Assembly (NCBI GenBank): GCA_964651045.1
Contig: CAZYVD010000010.1
Location: 828 to 64,827, forward strand
Origin: an uncultured bacterium
Lineage (GTDB): Bacteria; Zhuqueibacterota; QNDG01; DSAB01
DNA length: 64,000 nt
Direction of reading: 5' to 3'
Both the position numbers and the translations under genes were made by a program. This document shows positions 1-9,884 of the stretch, one piece after another (positions within the stretch are counted from its first letter, which is position 1; each line of letters opens with the position of its first letter). The notes beneath the pieces were generated by a model, which was given only the letters and a program-made list of their open reading frames with translations, searched no databases and was not told where the DNA came from.

Positions 1-377
1 TCCTTTCGCTTCCTCTTCCATCCGGAGACAAGATCATAACCCTCCTCCAGCTTCTTTATAAGGTTCGGAATCTCCAGAGGATCGTCCTGAAGATCTCCAT
101 CCATTGTAACTATCATTGCACCAGCAGCAACAGAGAAGCCTGCAGCAAGAGCCTCAGATTTACCGAAATTTTTTCTAAATTGAATGATCTTTGCCCGCCT
201 GTCTTTTTTGTGTATACTGCTCAGTATATCAAAAGATCTATCTGTAGAACAGTCGTCAACATAGATCACTTCGAACGAGAGTCTGTTTTTCTCGCACACC
301 CTGCAAATCTGATCATGAAGTTCTACAAGGGATCTCTCTTCATTATAGACAGGCACAACGACTGAAATATCAAGCAA
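1..377 (-). CDS. Glycosyltransferase family 2 (ArnC/DPM1-like), partial; runs off the window start
   Basis: Not in the ORF track. Manual translation from TTG at 377 gives MLDISVVVPVYNEERSL...YVDDCSTD...RKNFGKSEALAAGF...TMDGDLQDDP...GYDLVSGW; SD GGAGAGG upstream. Confidence 0.9.
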   Translation of the reverse strand, partial: MLDISVVVPVYNEERSLVELHDQICRVCEKNRLSFEVIYVDDCSTDRSFDILSSIHKKDRRAKIIQFRKNFGKSEALAAGFSVAAGAMIVTMDGDLQDDPLEIPNLIKKLEEGYDLVSGWKRKRK

Positions 378-405
378 CTTGATCCTCTCCTTTTTGGCTT
401 TATTA

Positions 406-1179
406 TTATAATTCAACTACCTCTACCCCATCTGGAATCTTTATATCAAACCATCTCTTGCTCATTGAGGGATTGACTCTTACAGTCTGATAGATAAGTG
501 TTACTCTTCTTCTAAGCGAGTAGTCTGTTATTCTGACAACTCTCGGCAGTACAATTCCCTTCACTCTCCGAAAACTCCTACCCTCCCATGAGAGCACCAC
601 ATCCCCAAAATCATTCACTCTTTCCCATTTTTCAACAACAAGATCACGGGATCTTATCCATACCCTCTCCCTGGGGTCATAACTTATCAGATACCTTCCA
701 CCATCTTTATTTATAGAGAATGTAGAATCCAGACCTTCAAATCTTGGAATAAAAAGTCCCAGCAGCCGTAAAATCATATCAGAAGAACTAAGATTCAGTG
801 GAAGAATATTCTCCTCCTGAAGTGCCTCTATTCTCCCCATATAGACCACATTCTCTCTCGGCATATAGAAAATCGATCTTCCCGCCCCAAAAGATCCAAC
901 CGCCACATCCACACCTAAAATTCCCTCCACCTTTATCCAGATCGAATCGGGCATCTTTATCCTGAGTCTTACCGAGCCCCTGAACGATCCTTCTGGAGAA
1001 ACAATCGCTATCTTTGCATTTGCCCTGCATGTTCTTATTTTTTGAGAGGCGAATTCGATCCTCTCCATTAATTCTTCTGCAGATAAATTCGATACTAGAT
1101 CGGGCCCGTAAAAGGTCCCTCTACAACTTAAAGAGAGTGCTGCCAAGAGAACAGTAAATCTTAAATGGACACTTTTCAT
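406..1179 (-). CDS. DUF4292-like outer-membrane lipoprotein (LolA/LolB-like fold)
   Basis: Lipobox LSLSC; RLRIKMPDSIWIKV...GVDVA pattern typical of the family; lies next to a TPR gene. Confidence 0.6.
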   Translation of the reverse strand: MKSVHLRFTVLLAALSLSCRGTFYGPDLVSNLSAEELMERIEFASQKIRTCRANAKIAIVSPEGSFRGSVRLRIKMPDSIWIKVEGILGVDVAVGSFGAGRSIFYMPRENVVYMGRIEALQEENILPLNLSSSDMILRLLGLFIPRFEGLDSTFSINKDGGRYLISYDPRERVWIRSRDLVVEKWERVNDFGDVVLSWEGRSFRRVKGIVLPRVVRITDYSLRRRVTLIYQTVRVNPSMSKRWFDIKIPDGVEVVEL

Positions 1180-1189
1180 CTATAAATGC

Positions 1190-2884
1190 TTATCTATTTC
1201 TCTCAATCTTCTTTTGAATCTCAAGATTATTCCTGTCCAGCTCAAGCGCCTTCTTCCACAACTCCACAGCCTTATCCTTCATGCCGAGTTTATCATAAAC
1301 GTCTCCCAGATGTTCTGCCACCTCTGCACTCGTATCCCGTACCATGAAGGCCTGTTTGATATACTTCAGTGCATCTTCATATCTGCCCATTTTAAAGTAT
1401 ATCCAGCCTATAGTATCGAGATAAGCGCCATTTTCTGGTTCGCTCTCGAGAGCGCGTTTAACCATCCTGAGAGCCTCATCTAGTCTAATGCCTCTTACAG
1501 ATAGACTGTATGCATAATTGTTCAATACAAGTGCATTGCTTGAATCCAGCTTTATGGCCCTTCGAAAAAGGCTGTCTGCAATCGAATATTTTTTTAATCT
1601 TTCATACTCTCCTGCAAGTGCTCCTAAAACAGCCACCCAATTAGGTCTGCGCTTCAAGACCTGTTCAAAATAGTAGATTGCCTCCTCAGACTTGTTGAGT
1701 TGAGAGAGCACTGAACCCAAATAGTAGTTCCCCAGAGTATTTTCTGGTTCAAAATCAAGAGCCTTTTTTAAATAGGACTGACTCTGTTCGAGGCTGTCGA
1801 GATGAACAAGAGATATTCCCACAAAGAGCCATCCCAAATACGATTCTGGATTAAGCTCGATGACCTTCTTAAACTTCCAGTATGCCTCCTCATACCTGGC
1901 ACCATCCAGATATAGCCGACCAAGTTCGAGGTATGAACGCCACTCCTGTGGGAATCTATCGATGATCATCTTAAAGGTCGCAATTGAGGAAGCCGTGTCT
2001 CCCTTCATCCTCTGAAGGTCTCCAATCTCAAGCCAGCTAACCATGTCTGAGGAATCGATCCTTACTGCATTGTTAAGAAGCTGAAGTGCATCATCCCACT
2101 TCCTCTGGTTAATGTATATCTGGCTTAATCTGACAACCGCCTCTTTGAGATCTGGAGATTTACTTATTGCCTCGTTGTAGTAGAATACAGCACCAGAAGT
2201 ATCACCGGCCGCCTCACGACTCAAACCCACTCCATAGTAGCCAAACCCCTCCTCGGGTTCAAGCCGGACCAGCTCTCTATATATATCACCTGCCTCATCG
2301 TAGCGCTTCATCTCGAGAAACAGGTCTCCGAGGCGCAGTAGAATCCCTGGATCTGGAATCTCCTGCATTGATAGAATCTTGCTGTATATGTCTGCAGCCT
2401 CTTTCAGCCTATCTGTCTGAAGATATATCTGGGCCAGATCAAAATAGAGATCAACTCTTGTACTGTCACTCTTCAGCATATCTTTAAAGATATTTTCAGC
2501 CATTGCCAGACGGCCGCTTCTAAGATAAACCTCTGCAAGAAACCTCTTCACATCTCCATTACTAGGATCCAGCCTAAGAGCCTTTTTGAAGAATATCTCA
2601 GCACTCTCGACCTTGCCCATCATGAAATAGTCCCTACCGACAGAAAAATAGATCTCAGATGATGTCGAATCGTAAAGGAGTGCTTCTTGATATGCTAAAA
2701 GAGCTGCTGGATAATTCTGGTCTATATCATACATAACACCATCGATAAAACACTCCAGGGCTCTCTTGTCGGGCCTGTCTATTTTAACCTCTTTCAGATT
2801 GGCCAATCTGTTGTTGCCTGCACATTGAATAAGCATCAAAAAAACAGGAACCGTTAAAATTATATAAAAACTTTTTCTAAGCAA
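1190..2884 (-). CDS. Multi-TPR lipoprotein
   Basis: Signal ending LIQC; many TPR repeats; C-terminal LNNYAYSL...YLDTIGWIYFKMG...EHLGDVY motif. Confidence 0.9.
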   Translation of the reverse strand: MLRKSFYIILTVPVFLMLIQCAGNNRLANLKEVKIDRPDKRALECFIDGVMYDIDQNYPAALLAYQEALLYDSTSSEIYFSVGRDYFMMGKVESAEIFFKKALRLDPSNGDVKRFLAEVYLRSGRLAMAENIFKDMLKSDSTRVDLYFDLAQIYLQTDRLKEAADIYSKILSMQEIPDPGILLRLGDLFLEMKRYDEAGDIYRELVRLEPEEGFGYYGVGLSREAAGDTSGAVFYYNEAISKSPDLKEAVVRLSQIYINQRKWDDALQLLNNAVRIDSSDMVSWLEIGDLQRMKGDTASSIATFKMIIDRFPQEWRSYLELGRLYLDGARYEEAYWKFKKVIELNPESYLGWLFVGISLVHLDSLEQSQSYLKKALDFEPENTLGNYYLGSVLSQLNKSEEAIYYFEQVLKRRPNWVAVLGALAGEYERLKKYSIADSLFRRAIKLDSSNALVLNNYAYSLSVRGIRLDEALRMVKRALESEPENGAYLDTIGWIYFKMGRYEDALKYIKQAFMVRDTSAEVAEHLGDVYDKLGMKDKAVELWKKALELDRNNLEIQKKIERNR

Positions 2885-2982
2885 TTTATTCTCCTGTAAT
2901 GATTATAATCGATCTTTAATATTAAATATATCATATAAAAAAAACATCTACAAGGAAAAAATATCTCAGAGCCTCATTTCCA

Positions 2983-3011
2983 TTGCATAAAACTTTTTAC
3001 ATTTTTATATT
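2983..3011 (+). promoter_or_regulatory. Putative sigma70-type promoter for priA
   Basis: TTGCAT (2983-2988), 17-bp spacer, TATATT (3006-3011). Confidence 0.5.
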
Positions 3012-3016
3012 GAAAT

Positions 3017-5446
3017 GTGAACCCGGGAAAAAATAAAAATGCTGAAGTAGTTTTTACGCAACCACCACTTCAATGTTTTACCTACGCCGTTCCCTCAAGG
3101 TTCCTGAATGATCTGAGACCAGGACACAGGGTCGTTGTACCTTTAAAAAATCGCAGAGTAATCGGGTTTGTAGTGAAACTTGCAGAAGAGAGCTCGATTC
3201 GCCAGCTCAAGGAAATAGAAGACATCTGTGATCCATATCCACTGCTTACTCCAGAACTGGTAAAGTTGACACGGTGGGTTTCAGAGTACTATCTTAGCTC
3301 ATGGGGAGATGTAATTCGCACATCACTGCCTCCAGGAATGCACAGAAAGAGCAGAATAATAATAGAGAAGATCGATCATGAAGATTTAAATAAAAGGCTG
3401 TCAGAAACGCAGAAAAAAATTTTGTCGATAATAGAGAGAGAAAAAAAGACCACTCTAAATAAAATAAAAATGAAGACTAACATAAAAGGGATACGATGGC
3501 ATCTCTATAGACTTGAGAGTGCAGGATTGATAAAACTAAAACATGTTCTCGATGAATCTGACATAGGTATAAAATCGGAAAAATGGATATATCTAAAGTC
3601 TGATCCTGATCCAGATCTATTGAACCAGCTGAAAAAGAGGGCACCCCGACAGTATGAAGTAATCATGCACCTTAAAGATTCAGACGGAATGGCCAGCAAG
3701 AAAGAACTATCTGTAGAGCTCTCAGTTCTTAACAGACTGAAGCAGAAGGGCATGATAGAAATCCTAAATAAAGAGGTGTTTAGGGACCCCTATTCCGAAA
3801 TCACAAAAAAAGGGCCAAAACCAGTAAAGCTTACTGAAGATCAGAAGAGCGCATTAAAAAAAATCAGAGAATCACTGAATAGAGAGGAATTCAGGGTATT
3901 TTTAATTCACGGAGTCACAGCCAGTGGAAAGACACAGGTCTACATAGAGTCGATACGCCATGCACTAAACAGGGGAAAATCGGCTCTTGTACTCATTCCT
4001 GAAATATCTCTTACTCCACAGGCCGTATCTCGCTATCGTGCCGTCTTTGGCGATAGTGTGGCAGTGCTTCACAGCAGAATGTCTCAGGGCGAGAGGTATG
4101 ACTCATGGAGAAAGATAAGAGAGGGCAGCTCTCTGATTGCACTTGGCCCAAGATCAACAGTCTTTGCCCCACTGAAAAACCTAGGTTTAATAATAGTGGA
4201 TGAGGAACATGACACATCGTATAAACAGATGAATCCATCTCCAAGATACAATGCAAGGGATGTTGCAGTAATGAGAGGTAAAATCAATGGATGCGTTGTA
4301 ATCCTTGGTTCTGCCACACCGAGTCTCGAATCCTACTTCAATACAACAAAGGGCAAATATGAACTGATAAGGCTTCCAAACAGGATCGATAACACCCCCC
4401 TTCCAAAAATAACCGTGGTCGATCAAAAGGAGTCGAGGAATGATGTATTTACAGATCATTTCATAGAAAGAATGAAAACACATCTGGAAAGGGGAGAGCA
4501 GATTATTCTACTTCAAAACCGCAGAGGTTATTCCTCGTTCCTCAGGTGCAGAGATTGTGGATACATAGAGCACTGTCCAAATTGTGATATCTCGCTCACA
4601 TATCATAAAAAGAATTATCTATTGATCTGCCACTACTGTGATTTCAAGAAAAAGCCACCAGACACCTGTTCCAGATGCGGCGGCTCAACATTGAACTACA
4701 GAGGTGTGGGCACTCAGAGGGTCGAGGCAGAACTCAATCGGCTCTTCCCCGACTTAAAAACAATTAGAATGGATCTCGACTCTACAAGAAGAAAAGGATC
4801 TCACGATCATATTATAAGAGAATTTGAAAAGGGAAGTGCTAAGATCCTCATAGGAACACAGATGGTTGCAAAGGGACACGACTTTCCAGATGTAAACTTC
4901 GTTGGAATCATCTCTGCAGATACTGGTCTCTATTTTCCAGATTTCCGCTCAACAGAGAGAACCTTCCACCTCTTGACACAGGCAGCAGGAAGGGCAGGAA
5001 GACGAAGGGTACAGGGTGAGGTCGTAATCCAGACCTACTCAACAGACAGCCCTGTGCTTCGATTTGCCCAAAAGCAGGATTACGATGCATTTTACAACCA
5101 CGAATCAACGCAGCGGAAAGAACTCAACTATCCTCCATGGGGGAAACTCATACTACTGCGGTTCATCTCTAAAAGCAGTGAAAGTGCAGAAAGGGCTTCA
5201 AAGATATTTTCTGATCTTATAAAAGAAGAAGATTTTTTTCAAAAGCTGGGGCCTGCGCCTTCACCAATTTCGAGAATAAGGGATAATTATAGATATCAGA
5301 TGATTTTCAAATCAAAAAAAAGTCTTGATCCCTCTGGAAAAAAAATCCGTGAAATAATAAGAAACAATCTTACGATCTTTTATGAGAAGACATATTTTCC
5401 AGATGTAAGAATCACAATAGATGTCGATCCAGTAGATATGATGTGA
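3017..5446 (+). CDS. priA: Primosomal protein N' (replication restart helicase)
   Basis: Walker A GVTASGKT, DEEH box, Cys-rich CRDC/CPNC/CHYC/CSRC zinc module, TQMVAKGHDFP, QAAGRAGR. Confidence 0.97.
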   Translation: MNPGKNKNAEVVFTQPPLQCFTYAVPSRFLNDLRPGHRVVVPLKNRRVIGFVVKLAEESSIRQLKEIEDICDPYPLLTPELVKLTRWVSEYYLSSWGDVIRTSLPPGMHRKSRIIIEKIDHEDLNKRLSETQKKILSIIEREKKTTLNKIKMKTNIKGIRWHLYRLESAGLIKLKHVLDESDIGIKSEKWIYLKSDPDPDLLNQLKKRAPRQYEVIMHLKDSDGMASKKELSVELSVLNRLKQKGMIEILNKEVFRDPYSEITKKGPKPVKLTEDQKSALKKIRESLNREEFRVFLIHGVTASGKTQVYIESIRHALNRGKSALVLIPEISLTPQAVSRYRAVFGDSVAVLHSRMSQGERYDSWRKIREGSSLIALGPRSTVFAPLKNLGLIIVDEEHDTSYKQMNPSPRYNARDVAVMRGKINGCVVILGSATPSLESYFNTTKGKYELIRLPNRIDNTPLPKITVVDQKESRNDVFTDHFIERMKTHLERGEQIILLQNRRGYSSFLRCRDCGYIEHCPNCDISLTYHKKNYLLICHYCDFKKKPPDTCSRCGGSTLNYRGVGTQRVEAELNRLFPDLKTIRMDLDSTRRKGSHDHIIREFEKGSAKILIGTQMVAKGHDFPDVNFVGIISADTGLYFPDFRSTERTFHLLTQAAGRAGRRRVQGEVVIQTYSTDSPVLRFAQKQDYDAFYNHESTQRKELNYPPWGKLILLRFISKSSESAERASKIFSDLIKEEDFFQKLGPAPSPISRIRDNYRYQMIFKSKKSLDPSGKKIREIIRNNLTIFYEKTYFPDVRITIDVDPVDMM

Positions 5447-5520
5447 ATATGGTTCACTTTTTGCAGTATGGCAGAATCAAACGATAAAAAACAATAACAG
5501 CTTGTGGAAGGAGATAATAC

Positions 5521-6249
5521 TTGAAGATAGCAATCATTTCAGATATTCACAGCAATCTCGAAGCACTCGAAAATGTCCTAAAGGACATCGAGATGGAAGG
5601 AGTCGATCATATCTTCTGCCTCGGCGACATAGTCGGTTATGGACCTAACCCGAACGAGTGTATAGAGATGGTACTCTCATCTGTAGAAAAGGCTGTAATG
5701 GGAAATCACGACTATGCTGCGGCAGACCTCTGTTCTGCTAGAAACTTCAACGATTATGCCAAAGAGGCCATATATTGGACAAGAGATGTATTAAAAAAGA
5801 AAAATGTAGAAAGAGTAAAGGAGTTCCCGTTTATCATAATAAAGGATGAAATAACACTGGTTCATTCATCGCCTCATGAGCCGCATAAATTTTACTATCT
5901 ATTCAGTGAGAGTGATGTCATCAACGGATTCGGTGCTTTGAAGAGCCGTCTCTGTTTTGTTGGACACACTCATACTCCTGTGGCATTTGTTATGGAAGAG
6001 GATAGAAAAATAACCGCACTGAGTGCATCAAACCTCACGATAAATGAAAAATATAGATATATAATCAACGTCGGAAGTGTGGGACAGCCTCGCGATGGCG
6101 ACAACAGAAGCTGCTATGGAATCTTTGACACAAGTGAAAACAGATTCTATTTAAGGCGAGTAGAATATCCAATTAAGATTGTTCAGAACAAAATGCGTTA
6201 TGAGAACTTGCCCTACTATCTAATAGAGCGTCTTTCAGAAGGAAGATAA
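5521..6249 (+). CDS. Metallophosphoesterase family protein
   Basis: SDIH, GDIVGYG, GNHD, GHTH and NVGSVGQPRDG motifs. Confidence 0.92.
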   Translation: MKIAIISDIHSNLEALENVLKDIEMEGVDHIFCLGDIVGYGPNPNECIEMVLSSVEKAVMGNHDYAAADLCSARNFNDYAKEAIYWTRDVLKKKNVERVKEFPFIIIKDEITLVHSSPHEPHKFYYLFSESDVINGFGALKSRLCFVGHTHTPVAFVMEEDRKITALSASNLTINEKYRYIINVGSVGQPRDGDNRSCYGIFDTSENRFYLRRVEYPIKIVQNKMRYENLPYYLIERLSEGR

Positions 6250-6267
6250 TCATGGTCAGATGTTGTA

Positions 6268-7575
6268 ATGAACACAAAAATCTATAAAAAGATAATAAAT
6301 GCATGGTGTATGTATGACTGGGCAAACTCGGCATTTGCCACGACCGTCATGGCTGCGGTTCTCCCAATATTTTTCAGAAATGTATCAACAGCCGCTATAC
6401 CACAATCGCACCACTACTTAGCAACATCGCTCTGGGGCTATACCGCCTCTGCCGCAATGCTTTTCATAGCAATCATCGCCCTCATCATGGGTCCCATAGC
6501 CGATCACTTTTCATCAAAGAAAATTTTCATTGGAATCTTCACCTCGATAGGTGTACTATTTACTGCTCTAATATCCCTAACCGGTTCAGGAGACTGGATC
6601 TGGGTTTCTATTTTTTTCATAGCTGCCAATATTGGCTTTGCGGGAAGCGAAATATTCTACGATTCCCTCCTGCCGCACATATCACGACCCGAACACATGG
6701 ACAGAGTCTCAACAAGAGGTTATGCAACAGGCTATTTCGGAGGAGGCCTTCTTTTAATAATCAATATTATAATGATCTGGCTGCTTCCAAAAACATCGAT
6801 TCAGGGCTCAAGTGTAATGCTTCCCATCCTAGGCATGAGGTTATCTATTCTGAGTGCAGCAGTCTGGTGGGGTCTTTTTTCTCTGTTTTTATTTAAGATC
6901 ATACCTGAACCAAAAATAGAATTCCATGACTCGATATCTACAAACCCATTAAAGATTTCTGCTGGCCGGTTGATAAATACATTCAAAGAGATAAAAAGAT
7001 ATAAAAACCTCTTTCTATTTCTACTCGCCTTCTGGTTTTATAACGACGGAATAGGTACTATCATAAAGATGGCTACAGCCTTTGGAGATGAGATCGGAAT
7101 AAGCACAATGGATCTGGTCGGAGCGCTTCTCCTTACACAGATAGTAGGATTCCCATCATCGCTTGGATTTGGTAAAATCGCTGAGAGGATAGGAGCCAAA
7201 AAAACAATTCTCATAGGGCTGGCAATATATATTATGGTATCTGTGGCGGCCTTTTTTATAACAAGGGCAATCCACTTCTGGATAGTAGCATTCATTATAG
7301 GACTCATTCAGGGCGGAACTCAGGCACTCAGCCGTTCACTGTTTGGCAGCATGGTACCAAGAAAAAAGAGCGCAGAATTTTTTGGTTTTTACAACATAAG
7401 CGGTAAGTTTGCTGGCATCATCGGACCGGCAATCTTTGGTATTGTCAGCCAGCTCGCAAAGACAAGCAGGCTGGGCGTCCTATCATTGATATTGTTTTTC
7501 GTTACAGGAGGTCTGCTACTTCTCAAGGTAGACACTGAAAAAAGTAACACGTCTAGAAACCAAACAATTTTATAA
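6268..7575 (+). CDS. MFS transporter (UMF1/ATG22-like)
   Basis: AWCMYDWANSAF N-terminus, about 12 hydrophobic segments, QALSRSLFG and EFFGFY motifs. Confidence 0.9.
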   Translation: MNTKIYKKIINAWCMYDWANSAFATTVMAAVLPIFFRNVSTAAIPQSHHYLATSLWGYTASAAMLFIAIIALIMGPIADHFSSKKIFIGIFTSIGVLFTALISLTGSGDWIWVSIFFIAANIGFAGSEIFYDSLLPHISRPEHMDRVSTRGYATGYFGGGLLLIINIIMIWLLPKTSIQGSSVMLPILGMRLSILSAAVWWGLFSLFLFKIIPEPKIEFHDSISTNPLKISAGRLINTFKEIKRYKNLFLFLLAFWFYNDGIGTIIKMATAFGDEIGISTMDLVGALLLTQIVGFPSSLGFGKIAERIGAKKTILIGLAIYIMVSVAAFFITRAIHFWIVAFIIGLIQGGTQALSRSLFGSMVPRKKSAEFFGFYNISGKFAGIIGPAIFGIVSQLAKTSRLGVLSLILFFVTGGLLLLKVDTEKSNTSRNQTIL

Positions 7576-7601
7576 TAATTTGTTGATATAAAATATTTTA
7601 C

Positions 7602-7630
7602 TTGACTTTTTGATAGATAATTTCTAATTT
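7602..7630 (+). promoter_or_regulatory. Putative sigma70-type promoter for the vWA/PorV gene pair
   Basis: TTGACT (7602-7607), 17-bp spacer, TAATTT (weak -10). Confidence 0.35.
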
Positions 7631-7642
7631 TTTCAAGCCTTA

Positions 7643-7742
7643 GGGGAAAACCAGCAAAAGCACTCATAAATTTATCAGACAGAGACTTGGGTATGGGCAG
7701 CAGGCAAAGATAAAGGAGTGCTGCTGGTGGGTGAGTCTCTGG
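7643..7742 (+). ncRNA. Candidate structured 5' leader RNA with pseudoknot (family unassigned)
   Basis: Nested stems ACCAGC/GCTGGT, AGCACTC/GAGTGCT and TTTATC/GATAAA. Loop CAGAGACT (7680-7687) is complementary to downstream AGTCTCTG (7734-7741). Confidence 0.4.
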
Positions 7743-7795
7743 TTCATATTGCTTGCAAATAAATCCTATAACATAAAATTTAAAAAGAGGTAGAA

Positions 7796-9868
7796 ATGTT
7801 CCAGAGACTAAATTTCAAAGACATTTTACCAATCTGCCTCATCACTTCCACAATCCTCCTAATACCATTCTCAACACTTGCTCAATCAGACTCTCTTCAG
7901 GTTATTTTCGAATCTGTTTCAATAGCAGACACAACTATCTTCAAAGGTGTTCATGGCGGCTTCCCAAATCCTGTTCTTTCACTAATTACAATTAAGAATC
8001 AGAAGGGGCTCTATATTCAGGGTCTTGCAGACACCTCTCGTTGGCTTGGACCAAGCGATACAACTCTCTCAGGAGCTGTGGTGGATTCTGTGTGGAAGGT
8101 GCTTCTTGAATACCATCAGGAAGATACAACTAAACCTGCCGATCCTGATATTAAAAAAAGCTCGCCAGAATATATGGTAACAGAGGTCTACAATGTGGAA
8201 GGAAGGGGAATATCGGCAGCACTGGCAATGGACTACAGCTTCAGCATGGGCAGCGATATTGAGAAGGCAGAGGATGCAGCCAGAATTTTTGTCCGTCAGA
8301 TGAATGATATAGACAGAGCAGCCATAATAAAATTCAACGGGGTTGTACATATTATTCAGGAATTTACAAGCGATACGAGCCTTTTGATAAATGCAATCTC
8401 AAAAAATATTTCCACTGCATCGGGAACCGCCTTTTACGATGCGCTATACTCTTCAATAGACCTTTGTCTGGCTGAGTCGTGGCGAAGAGCCGTCATTGCC
8501 TACACGGACGGGATAGACAACAAGAGTACACATACAATAGATGAGGTAATAGAGTATGCTGTAACAAATAAGATTCCAGTATTTACAATCGGACTAGGCG
8601 GACGTGTGAACGGAGACGATCTCAAGAGAATAGCAGACGAAACTGGAGGAATATATAAATATGCCCCAAATGCAGAAGACCTGGCTTCCATCTATCTATC
8701 CATCTACGGCCTGCTGAAAGGTTATTATGTTCTTGCTCATACATCTACGGATCCATTTACAAATGGAACCTGGCGGATAGTGGACATAACACTTCATCAT
8801 GGATCTGCCACTGGCCGGGGCAAGGGAATCTACTACGTACCAATGATTCCTCCAGACCTCAAGATCTCAAAAAAGGTAATATCGGATTCCGTATCTATAG
8901 AACATGGTGACACTCTATATTTTGCACATCAGGGCGACACGATTTCATACGAAATCACAATAAAGAATATAGGAGCAGGACTAGGGGGAAATATCAGAGT
9001 CGTAGATTTTCTTGCCGACTCTGTCTCCCCAATCGACTTTGAAGTCCAACCGGCCGTTCAGAGCGACGATTCTGTTGTATGGAATTTTTCACTGATCGGT
9101 GTTGGAGAAACAAAAAAGATAGGTTATCGATGTGTGGTCGGCTCGCACTTCTCACCATGGGAGCCAAGTCCGCAGGTAAATAGTGCTACTGTTTACTGCA
9201 GCGATGACCAGAACCCTTCGAATAATACGGCTACAGACACACTATGGGTAATAGGAACAAATCTACCAAAACCTGAAATTCAGGTCTCCCCTGCAATAAT
9301 CGAACCTTTTGATAGTGTTGAGGTAAGGGTAAGAGTCAAATCTGATATAAAGAAATGGGATCTTAAGGTCCTGTTTGAGGAGGGAACAATAATCGACACA
9401 TATGCAGACGAATTCATCGAGACTACAACTCTTACTCCAGATGTATGGATAAAAATAGAACCCGATTTCAGTGACACACGCATGAGAACAGATAAAAAGA
9501 AAGAAAGGGTGGGAGTGATCTTTGAGACAACAGGATTCTGGAACGAGACAAAATCGGATACTGCATATTTCACGATTCAGAGCTCAGATGAATTCTTCCT
9601 AGATGAAAACGTGTTCAAACCCGACGACTCAACACCTCTTGGAATGCGTTTCAAACTCAGCTCCAACCGATATGCCGAAATAAATGTCTATGACCTCTCT
9701 GGTGGTTTTATCAAGAAAGTTGTAAGCGGCAACTATTATGCTGGGTGGAACTTCACTACCTGGGATGGAAAAGATTCAAACGGCAATACAGTCGGGAGTG
9801 GAATCTATATTGCAATACTCATATCAGGTGATTTTCATAAGAGCCGCAAATTTATAGTAATAAGATGA
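7796..9868 (+). CDS. Secreted vWA-domain protein with DUF11-like and C-terminal FlgD Ig-like domain
   Basis: Signal peptide; MIDAS DYSFS...T...TDG; DTISYEITIKNIG...IRVVDFL (DUF11-like); C-terminal INVYDLSG..IKKV...WDGKDSNGNTVGSGIYI. Confidence 0.85.
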   Translation: MFQRLNFKDILPICLITSTILLIPFSTLAQSDSLQVIFESVSIADTTIFKGVHGGFPNPVLSLITIKNQKGLYIQGLADTSRWLGPSDTTLSGAVVDSVWKVLLEYHQEDTTKPADPDIKKSSPEYMVTEVYNVEGRGISAALAMDYSFSMGSDIEKAEDAARIFVRQMNDIDRAAIIKFNGVVHIIQEFTSDTSLLINAISKNISTASGTAFYDALYSSIDLCLAESWRRAVIAYTDGIDNKSTHTIDEVIEYAVTNKIPVFTIGLGGRVNGDDLKRIADETGGIYKYAPNAEDLASIYLSIYGLLKGYYVLAHTSTDPFTNGTWRIVDITLHHGSATGRGKGIYYVPMIPPDLKISKKVISDSVSIEHGDTLYFAHQGDTISYEITIKNIGAGLGGNIRVVDFLADSVSPIDFEVQPAVQSDDSVVWNFSLIGVGETKKIGYRCVVGSHFSPWEPSPQVNSATVYCSDDQNPSNNTATDTLWVIGTNLPKPEIQVSPAIIEPFDSVEVRVRVKSDIKKWDLKVLFEEGTIIDTYADEFIETTTLTPDVWIKIEPDFSDTRMRTDKKKERVGVIFETTGFWNETKSDTAYFTIQSSDEFFLDENVFKPDDSTPLGMRFKLSSNRYAEINVYDLSGGFIKKVVSGNYYAGWNFTTWDGKDSNGNTVGSGIYIAILISGDFHKSRKFIVIR

Positions 9869-9884
9869 TCAGCAGGGGGATACC

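Noticed and set aside
5450-5465. TGGTTCACTTTTTGCA as a third sigma54 promoter
   Set aside because: GG-N10-GC spacing is right but the -24 element deviates (TGGTTC); could be chance in AT-rich DNA.
7659-7722. AGCACTC...GAGTGCT looks like the two CIRCE half-sites
   Set aside because: The spacer is 50 nt, not 9, the outer TT/AA are missing and the downstream gene is not a chaperone; treated as an RNA stem instead.
7643-7742. Assignment to the c-di-GMP-II or yybP-ykoY riboswitch class
   Set aside because: Only fragmentary resemblance; conserved core nucleotides could not be matched by eye.
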